From Bacilli bacterium (GTDB taxonomy: Bacteria > Bacillota_I > Bacilli_A > RFN20 > CAG-826), in NCBI GenBank assembly GCA_049433705.1, contig JBMTFA010000001.1:1-60125 (forward strand): a stretch of DNA of 60,125 nucleotides, read 5' to 3'. The translations under genes and the position numbers were made by a program. Positions 53,721-60,125 of this stretch are shown one piece after another. Under the pieces are notes generated by a model that was given only the letters and a program-made list of their open reading frames with translations, did not search any database and had not been told where the DNA came from. The stretch's first letter is position 1. Each line of letters begins with the position of its first letter.

Positions 53721-54389
53721 ATGTGTGGACGGTTTGGTCTTCATTTCGATTGGCAACATACCTCCCGCTTACTTTGGGATCATTTTCAGGTAGAAATGGA
53801 TGAAGCTGCCTATCCGCTTCCGCAATTTAATATCGCTCCGACGCAACAAGTGATGGTTCTTATTCATGATGGTGAAAAATACCGAATTGGACTTGCGCGT
53901 TGGGGTTTACCCCTAGGGAATGGCACATCACAAGTCGTGAGTAATGCTCGAAGCGAATCTATTTTTGAAAAATCGATGTTCCGTTCGTTAATCAAACAAC
54001 GCCGGTGTTTGGTCATTGCCTCAGGCTTTTATGAATGGCAGCGTGATGTAAAACCATCTCGGGTTTATTGGTTTCATCCGCAGCAACAACCATTGCTCAT
54101 CTTTGCTGGTCTATATCAAGTGGTCCAAAACCCAGAAGGCAAAAAGGTGTTTACCACCCTCATGACAACGCAGGCAAATGCATTAATGGCACCTATTCAT
54201 GATCGCCTACCTGTGATGCTGAATCCTGATCAGTGGCGCCATTGGGTCCATCCGAAAACCCCCAGCGATGAATTTAACTTCTTATTTAAACCGACCAATT
54301 TTACCGATCTCACCTATTATGAGGTAAGTAGTCACGTCAACAAAGTTAGTCATAACGATATGACGTGTTTAGATCCAATAAAAAAATAG
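53721..54389 (+). CDS. SOS-response-associated peptidase (SRAP/YedK-type abasic-site processing protein)
   Basis: MCGRF N-terminus with the catalytic Cys2, 222 aa. Also NARSE and the FYEW motif. Confidence 0.9.
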   Translation: MCGRFGLHFDWQHTSRLLWDHFQVEMDEAAYPLPQFNIAPTQQVMVLIHDGEKYRIGLARWGLPLGNGTSQVVSNARSESIFEKSMFRSLIKQRRCLVIASGFYEWQRDVKPSRVYWFHPQQQPLLIFAGLYQVVQNPEGKKVFTTLMTTQANALMAPIHDRLPVMLNPDQWRHWVHPKTPSDEFNFLFKPTNFTDLTYYEVSSHVNKVSHNDMTCLDPIKK

Positions 54390-54696
54390 AGACCGAAGTT
54401 GGCGTTTCTTATGAAACCGATGTGGAAGCCTTAGAAGCGATATTACAAAAAGAATCCATTCCTGACTTTAAAAAAACTATGCGGATATCCTTGAAGGTGA
54501 TTTCACTAAGTTAGGTGTCTCAGCGTTAGCGGATTCTTCTGTAAACTTAAAGTTTGGCGCAAAGGTCAAAGAAATTTATCGGCCTAAGACCATTCGTCTG
54601 ATCAATCGCGAATTCATAATCTTCTGTGATCGAAATCGCATCGATATTCCTTTCCCACAAGTGACCATCAACTACAGAGAACCACCAAAAAAATAA
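54389..54696 (+). pseudogene. C-terminal remnant of an MscS-family mechanosensitive channel, frameshifted
   Basis: Two frames together read ETEVGVSYETDVEALEAILQKESIPDFKK / ADILEGDFTKLGVSALADSSVNLKFGAKVKEIYRPKTIRLINREFIIFCDRNRIDIPFPQVTINY, an MscS beta-domain signature (GDSSV, IPFPQ). They are joined at the A7 run 54470-54476. There is no N-terminal TM part. Confidence 0.7.
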
Positions 54697-54716
54697 GTCA
54701 TTTCTTACCTTTTTGA

Positions 54717-54743
54717 CCCCTTGGTTCAACCAAGGGTTTTTTT
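54717..54743 (+). terminator. intrinsic terminator retained after the MscS remnant
   Basis: CCCTTGG ttcaa CCAAGGG followed by T7. Confidence 0.8.
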
Positions 54744-54746
54744 GTT

Positions 54747-54752
54747 TATAAT
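54747..54752 (+). promoter_or_regulatory. -10 hexamer, leaderless arrangement
   Basis: TATAAT, then 6 nt, then ATG 54759. Confidence 0.5.
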
Positions 54753-54758
54753 GAACGT

Positions 54759-55805
54759 ATGAAGCATTATCAACCACCAATTTTTCATAAAATCCCTGGT
54801 TATGAAATTGTCATGGAATTTAAAGATGAGCCAACGCATCTCCATGGCTATATTGCAGTGCATAGTACCAAACGCGGACCAGCCTTAGGGGGCACTCGTC
54901 TATGGCAATACCCTGATCAACAAGCTGCTTTAACCGATGTGTTAAGACTCGCTAGAGGCATGACTTATAAAGCTGCTGGCGCAGATTTATCGCTTGGTGG
55001 CGGTAAAGCTGTGCTCATTGGCGACGCGAAGGTCATCAAAACGCCCGCCTTATTTGAAGCCTATGGTTATTATGTGAATTTACTTAAAGGCCAATACATT
55101 ACCGCGGAGGATGTCAACACGACCACAGCCGATATGGTCCATATTGCCAAGCAAACGCCGCATGTTGTCGGTCGAGAAGGGAAATCTGGCAACCCCTCAC
55201 CCTTTACCGCGCTCGGTGTGTTTATTGGCATTCAAGCATCCGTTGCCTTTGCCATGCCTGATAAACCACTCGCAAATCTATCCTTTGCCGTTCAAGGGGT
55301 TGGACAAACGGGTTCTTTTATTGTGGATCAACTCGTTAAAGCGGGTGTTCAAAACATTACGATAGCCGATATCAATCCTACCCATGTTCACACCATCTTG
55401 ACGCGATATCCGTTCCTCAAAGTCGTCGATCAAGCGGCCATCTTTGCGTTACCTGTGGATGTGTTTGTCCCTTGTGCGTTAGGTGGCATCCTAAATGATG
55501 CAACCTTGGCATTCATGAAAGCAACCATCGTCGCCGGCAGTGCCAATAATATTTTATTAGATGATCGTATCCATGGACCGAAAGCGAAAGCGATGGGCAT
55601 ACTTGTTGCCCCTGATTTCATTATTAATGCAGGTGGACTGATCAATGTTTATCACGAATATCATTCGGATTATCAACTAGAGGAAGTGAACCAAGAAGTC
55701 AAACGCATTGGTCAACGCTTAACGAGAATTTACCAAATGGCAAAAGACCAAGACATTGATCCCGCCCTTGCCGCGCTTCATTACGCCCAACAACAACTTA
55801 AATAA
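54759..55805 (+). CDS. Leu/Val/Phe dehydrogenase (Glu/Leu/Phe/Val dehydrogenase family)
   Basis: 348 aa containing GPALGGTR and the LGGGKAV catalytic-Lys block. The length fits leucine/valine dehydrogenase. Confidence 0.85.
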   Translation: MKHYQPPIFHKIPGYEIVMEFKDEPTHLHGYIAVHSTKRGPALGGTRLWQYPDQQAALTDVLRLARGMTYKAAGADLSLGGGKAVLIGDAKVIKTPALFEAYGYYVNLLKGQYITAEDVNTTTADMVHIAKQTPHVVGREGKSGNPSPFTALGVFIGIQASVAFAMPDKPLANLSFAVQGVGQTGSFIVDQLVKAGVQNITIADINPTHVHTILTRYPFLKVVDQAAIFALPVDVFVPCALGGILNDATLAFMKATIVAGSANNILLDDRIHGPKAKAMGILVAPDFIINAGGLINVYHEYHSDYQLEEVNQEVKRIGQRLTRIYQMAKDQDIDPALAALHYAQQQLK

Positions 55806-55811
55806 TTAGGT

Positions 55812-56543
55812 TCAACCTAAAACCTTCGCAATTGCAGCTTGAATCACTGGGGTAATTTTGGCATACCCCGCTAAAGATAGGTGTAATCCTTCTTTCGAAT
55901 ATTGCATGTTTAAATCGCCATGTTCATCTAAGAGTTCAGGATAAACATTGACAAACGTTATACCAGCAATCTGTTGATATTGACTATTCATCCATTGCAA
56001 ATCTTCATTCTTTCTTGGGCCGACGATGATGCGATTCACAAGTTTATCGGTGGTTTGATTGACTGGATATAGCGAGACCAATAAGACTTTTAAACTCGGC
56101 ATTTTTTCTTGAATTGTTTTGATGATTGCTTGCATATTCGCCACGGTTTGTTCTTTACTAAGGCCTTGTACTTGTAAGTCATTCGTCCCAATTTGTAAGA
56201 CGAGTAACGTTGGTTTTAAATCAAAAATGGATAAATCGAGTCGTTTACTTAGGCCGACGGTGGTGTCCCCATCAATCCCGCGATTATACACATGGAGACC
56301 GGGATAAAAATCACTTAAAGGATAGCGTTGCGTTAATGAATCCCCAACAAAGACAATCCCGCCTGGTTTGGCAAACCGATTGACCAATTTAAACTCATTG
56401 GTACGAGCAAAATAGGCACTACCAATCACTGCTTTAATCATCCGTGTATTTTTTCCATCCTTAAAGATTAACCCATAGATTACTTGAAATAGCAAGAGCA
56501 TCACCACAACTGCTAGTCCAATAAAAACATTGGAAATCCACAT
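55812..56543 (-). CDS. SGNH/GDSL hydrolase with N-terminal membrane anchor
   Basis: VFVGDSLT block I and GTNDL block III. Start is ambiguous: ATG 56543 (preferred) or TTG 56579. Confidence 0.72.
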   Translation of the reverse strand: MWISNVFIGLAVVVMLLLFQVIYGLIFKDGKNTRMIKAVIGSAYFARTNEFKLVNRFAKPGGIVFVGDSLTQRYPLSDFYPGLHVYNRGIDGDTTVGLSKRLDLSIFDLKPTLLVLQIGTNDLQVQGLSKEQTVANMQAIIKTIQEKMPSLKVLLVSLYPVNQTTDKLVNRIIVGPRKNEDLQWMNSQYQQIAGITFVNVYPELLDEHGDLNMQYSKEGLHLSLAGYAKITPVIQAAIAKVLG

Positions 56544-56585
56544 ACCTTCGCTATAGATTGCTTGCCTTAATGAAGACAAGGGTTG

Positions 56586-56594
56586 TGCTAAAAT
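56586..56594 (+). promoter_or_regulatory. extended -10, leaderless arrangement
   Basis: TGcTAAAAT, then 6 nt, then ATG 56601. Confidence 0.5.
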
Positions 56595-56600
56595 ATCGCT

Positions 56601-57116
56601 ATGAAAGAAGCATTAAGAGAAACCATCCTCACCAAGCGTCTTGCATTATCCTTAGAGGAAGTGAATGCTTACTCCCTTTCTTTAATCAAACAAATACGGG
56701 CTTTGCCTGCTTATCAAAGCGCGAAACATGTTGGACTTTATGCGCCAATCAAAAACGAACCAAACTTGCTTGCCTTATTAACCGATGCGAAACAATTTTA
56801 CTTACCCAAAGTGGTTGATCTCGACATGATCTATGTTCCTTATCATGCTGATACCAAGTTAGAAAAAAGTGGATTAGGCATTCTTGAACCGTTAGAAAAT
56901 ATAGATGCGAGTCAACAACTGGATATGATCATCATCCCAGGAATTGTCTTTGATCCTGCCGGCAATCGGATTGGCTTTGGCAAAGGTTACTTTGATCGGT
57001 TTTTACTTCACATTCGCCCTGCACATGTGATTGGGGTTGCTTATCCCTTTCAAATGGAAAAGCGCTTGATGACAAGTCGTTTAGATGTTCCAGTGGATCT
57101 TGTGTTGGTTGCTTAA
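56601..57116 (+). CDS. 5-formyltetrahydrofolate cyclo-ligase
   Basis: 171 aa containing the GFGKGYFDRF motif. Confidence 0.85.
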   Translation: MKEALRETILTKRLALSLEEVNAYSLSLIKQIRALPAYQSAKHVGLYAPIKNEPNLLALLTDAKQFYLPKVVDLDMIYVPYHADTKLEKSGLGILEPLENIDASQQLDMIIIPGIVFDPAGNRIGFGKGYFDRFLLHIRPAHVIGVAYPFQMEKRLMTSRLDVPVDLVLVA

Positions 57117-58381
57117 TTTAAGTCGTGATGATCAATAAACGCTTCATAGGCGGCTAATCGATGTTGAGGTAAGGCCACTGAAACATAAATCGCATCATCT
57201 TGATAATCCGTTTCTAACATAATCCCATCTTTACGTAATTGCTCAATCATTTCTTGTTGGGTATATGGAATCTTTAATTCAAACGGATGATAATCTTGCA
57301 AAATATATTCCGATATTTTCATCATGAGTTGCGGCATCCCTAATCCTCTTAACGCAGAAATTTTGACATGATTTAATGGCAATTCCCCTTGCGGTTTGCG
57401 AATGATATCAATCTTATTTAATACATAGAGGACAGGTATTTGGCCGACCCCTAACGATTGAAGCACCTCGTCTGCAACGGTGAGTAAATGGAGAAACTCA
57501 GGATCCGAAATATCGACCACATGTAAAATCAAATCCGCTTCTTTTACTTCTTCTAACGTCGATTTAAATGCCTCAATCAGATGGTGCGGTAAGCGTCTGA
57601 CAAATCCTACTGTATCGACGGCGATGAATTTAATCAAATTAGGCAAACTAATTAATCGAGAAGAGGTTTCAAGTGTGGCAAACACCATATCTTTTTCTAA
57701 CACTTTTTTATGTTGGGAACGGTGCGCGATCGATAAAAATTGATTCATTAACGCGGACTTACCAGCATTGGTGTAACCTACTATCGCGACGGAAAACACA
57801 TGTTTGTCTTTTCGTTGCAGCCTTTGAACGCGCCGTTTTTCGGTTAATGTTGCTAATTCCTTTTTATATTTAATGATTGCATTACGCAAGGTCCGTTTAT
57901 CTTTTTCTAATTTGGTTTCACCGCTACCTTTATTCGCTTTGCCACCGGCGCGTTGACGGTCATAGTTTGCTTCATGATCAATTAATCGTGGCAACATATA
58001 AGACGCTTTAGCAACTGCTACTTGTAACTTTGCTTCATTGGTTTTTGCCCGTGATTCAAAAATTTGAAGAATCAACATTGTCCGATCGACAATGTCTACA
58101 TCTAACGCTTTTTCTAAATTGCGAATATGTACAGGCGATAATTCAGTATCAAAGATGGCTGTTTTTGCACCCGTATCTTCTAAGATGGCTTTGATTTCAC
58201 TCACCTTACCTGAACCTAAATAATAATGATTGGTGGGTGCATCTAGCGTTTGTGTCACTTTTTTGAGCACATAGTAATCACACGCCAAGGCTAAATTATC
58301 CAATTCCTCAAAGGCTTGGGCAAAATCAGTAAAGTGAGGAAGTTTAACCCCAACGAGAATGGCAGATTTTTTATTTGGCAT
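57113..58381 (-). CDS. hflX: GTPase HflX
   Basis: 422 aa with the HflX N-domain and G-motifs (GYTNAGKS, DTVGF, NKID). Confidence 0.93.
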   Translation of the reverse strand: MPNKKSAILVGVKLPHFTDFAQAFEELDNLALACDYYVLKKVTQTLDAPTNHYYLGSGKVSEIKAILEDTGAKTAIFDTELSPVHIRNLEKALDVDIVDRTMLILQIFESRAKTNEAKLQVAVAKASYMLPRLIDHEANYDRQRAGGKANKGSGETKLEKDKRTLRNAIIKYKKELATLTEKRRVQRLQRKDKHVFSVAIVGYTNAGKSALMNQFLSIAHRSQHKKVLEKDMVFATLETSSRLISLPNLIKFIAVDTVGFVRRLPHHLIEAFKSTLEEVKEADLILHVVDISDPEFLHLLTVADEVLQSLGVGQIPVLYVLNKIDIIRKPQGELPLNHVKISALRGLGMPQLMMKISEYILQDYHPFELKIPYTQQEMIEQLRKDGIMLETDYQDDAIYVSVALPQHRLAAYEAFIDHHDLN

Positions 58382-58387
58382 AGCTAT

Positions 58388-58393
58388 ATATTA
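58388..58393 (-). promoter_or_regulatory. -10 hexamer, leaderless arrangement
   Basis: On the minus strand: TAATAT, then 6 nt, then ATG 58379-58381. Confidence 0.45.
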
Positions 58394-58472
58394 TCTTATT
58401 TATTCTTGAAAAGTATTTTACTAACTTCAAAGAGATGATTTCGATATAATCGCTTAAGTAGAGGTATAGACC

Positions 58473-59090
58473 ATGGATACAATTCAAGCCATTTTATCTA
58501 GACAATCGATTCGGGAATATGATCCCCAAGTGAAGATCGACGAAGCAACCCTTTTAAAGATGCTCACCGAAGCAAGTAGTGCTCCAAGTAGCTGGAACTT
58601 ACAACCCTGGCGCTTTGTTGTCATTCAAAACCCGGAATTAAAAGCAAAACTTAGACCGTATGTATTATTTAACACCCCGCAATTAGACACCGCGAGTGCC
58701 TTAATATTAATCCTCAATGACTTAGATCGTTATGCTTTGTTCCCTGTTATGAATAAGATGGAACTCGATGCTGGTTTTATTACCGAAGAACACTATAAAG
58801 TTCGCAATCAAAAAGCAGAACAAGCTCGTGCGACTCGAAGCAAAGAATCCCTCGATCGTGAAGGGTTACTTGATTGTGGATTGGTCGCGCAAAACTTAAT
58901 GATAGTTGCCAGAGCCTATGGTTATGATTCTTGCCCCATGGGTGGTTTTGATCGCGATAATTTTATGAAAGTTTTAGAGATTGATACGAATCGTTATAAA
59001 CCAGTGGTATTAATATCAATCGGTAAACGCGCCAAAGATGCCAAGCAAACCTTACGGTTTCCAATTCACACCATTACCACAATTAAATAA
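58473..59090 (+). CDS. nitroreductase family protein
   Basis: 205 aa containing RQSIREY and SSWNLQPWRF, both typical of the family. Confidence 0.85.
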   Translation: MDTIQAILSRQSIREYDPQVKIDEATLLKMLTEASSAPSSWNLQPWRFVVIQNPELKAKLRPYVLFNTPQLDTASALILILNDLDRYALFPVMNKMELDAGFITEEHYKVRNQKAEQARATRSKESLDREGLLDCGLVAQNLMIVARAYGYDSCPMGGFDRDNFMKVLEIDTNRYKPVVLISIGKRAKDAKQTLRFPIHTITTIK

Positions 59091-59096
59091 ACAAGA

Positions 59097-60125
59097 TTAA
59101 ACGCCATACGCTTGATCGATGATCGGTTTAACCTTTTCACCGAACAAACGAATGGTTTGCATCACCAATTTGTGGTCCATATAGCCAACAGGAACATGTA
59201 AGGCAAAGCGATCAATATCCATCTCTTTGCTAAACGTGATAATTTTCTTTGCCACCACTTCTGGGGTTCCCGCATACAAAGCGCCTTCGGGTCTTAAGGA
59301 AGCTTGAAACGTAGCCCGTGTATAAGGAGCCCAACCGCGTTCCCGACCAATTTGATTCATCACACTTGCCATTGACTCAAAAAGTTCATGTTCTAATTGC
59401 GACACATCTTCGGTAATAAAACCATGCGAATGAACCGCAATAAAGGGAGCATGCTTGTGCGTCCAACGCTGACGATATAAATCCGCATAGGGTTTAAAGC
59501 GAATGGGTTCGCCACCAATAATCGCAAGAAACAATGGGATGCCAGCAAGCGAAGCATTGAGAACCGATTCTGGACTGCCACCAACACCTCGGGCAATCAT
59601 CAAAGGATACTGGGTGCGAGGATACACGCCTAAACGATTCATCGAGGGACGATGTTTGCCTTCATGGGAGACAATTTCTTGATCACGAATCTTTAATAAA
59701 AGCGATAATTTTTCTTCAAATAATGCATCGTAATCATCTAAGTCATAACCAAACAAAGGAAAGGATTCGATAAAACTTCCTCGACCGGCAGTGATTTCAG
59801 CGCGACCATGGGATAAAGCATTCAATGTCGCAAATTGTTGATAGACCCTGACTGGATCATCACTGCTTAACACGGTAACTGCGCTGCCTAACTTAATCTT
59901 TTTTGTCACAGACGCTGCTGCCGCCAAGATGACCGCAGGCGCACTCGCAGCAAACTCTTTCCGATGATGTTCACCAACGCCGTAATAATCAAGGTTCAAT
60001 CTTTCTGCCAATTGAATTTCTTCAATAATTTGTTGTAAGCGAATGTCTTGGGAAATCACTTCACCCGTTTTTGGATTGGGTAGCGTTTCCGCAAAGGTTG
60101 TAATCCCTAATTCTAAACGTTTCTT
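59097..60125 (-). CDS. LLM-class flavin-dependent oxidoreductase (luciferase-like), 5-prime end outside the window
   Basis: The reading frame stays open to the window edge (KKRLELGITTFAETLPNP...), so the track start at 60059 is an internal GTG. Confidence 0.85.
   Translation of the reverse strand, partial: KKRLELGITTFAETLPNPKTGEVISQDIRLQQIIEEIQLAERLNLDYYGVGEHHRKEFAASAPAVILAAAASVTKKIKLGSAVTVLSSDDPVRVYQQFATLNALSHGRAEITAGRGSFIESFPLFGYDLDDYDALFEEKLSLLLKIRDQEIVSHEGKHRPSMNRLGVYPRTQYPLMIARGVGGSPESVLNASLAGIPLFLAIIGGEPIRFKPYADLYRQRWTHKHAPFIAVHSHGFITEDVSQLEHELFESMASVMNQIGRERGWAPYTRATFQASLRPEGALYAGTPEVVAKKIITFSKEMDIDRFALHVPVGYMDHKLVMQTIRLFGEKVKPIIDQAYGV

Noticed and set aside
54547-54780. 77-aa minus-strand ORF from the track
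   Set aside because: The opposite strand encodes a recognisable MscS C-terminal remnant and the start of the leucine dehydrogenase gene. The ORF has no SD or promoter and is best explained as a shadow ORF.
55806-55820. Hairpin TTAGGTT-c-AACCTAA between the dehydrogenase and SGNH genes as a terminator
   Set aside because: The loop is too small, the stem is AT-rich, and no U-tract follows on either strand.

Overview
This 60-kb window is a chromosomal segment from a moderately AT-rich Bacillota/Mollicutes-like bacterium. An Acholeplasma-type lineage is my inference only. The standard genetic code applies, since TGA is used as a stop at several conserved gene ends.

The gene content is mostly housekeeping:
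- the start of the S10 ribosomal operon (rpsJ-rplC-rplD)
- a queuosine salvage operon (queT-tgt-queA)
- degV
- the pcrA-ligA-gatCAB operon
- asnS
- the t6A genes tsaE-tsaB-rimI-tsaD
- thiT behind a clear TPP riboswitch
- ung
- groES-groEL behind a perfect CIRCE operator
- hflX

Accessory blocks are interleaved with these:
- a surface-glycan locus at about 21.3-32.9 kb. It holds four GT-B glycosyltransferases, a TupA-like ATP-grasp enzyme, a lipoprotein, a Wzy-like polytopic protein and a GT-D-like protein. It is interrupted by a phosphofructokinase that looks PPi-dependent.
- a GNAT-SDR-homospermidine synthase string, next to a stand-alone Rieske ferredoxin
- a GT-C-like membrane module
- a MATE pump coupled to a degenerate ARH-like protein
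- an amino-acid ABC importer
- a split chromate transporter
- several lipoproteins
- an XRE-membrane regulator plus SRAP module, sitting beside a truncated and frameshifted MscS remnant

I saw no rRNA, tRNA, CRISPR array, transposase or integrase.

The most striking sequence-level signal is that at least 11 genes have a -10 hexamer ending exactly 6-7 nt before the ATG and lack a Shine-Dalgarno sequence, which suggests leaderless mRNAs. Ribosomal, chaperone and lipoprotein genes keep canonical GGAGG sites.

I could not identify one clearly novel multi-gene system. The candidates are listed as separate findings.

All functional calls rest on motif recognition by eye. No database search was run.
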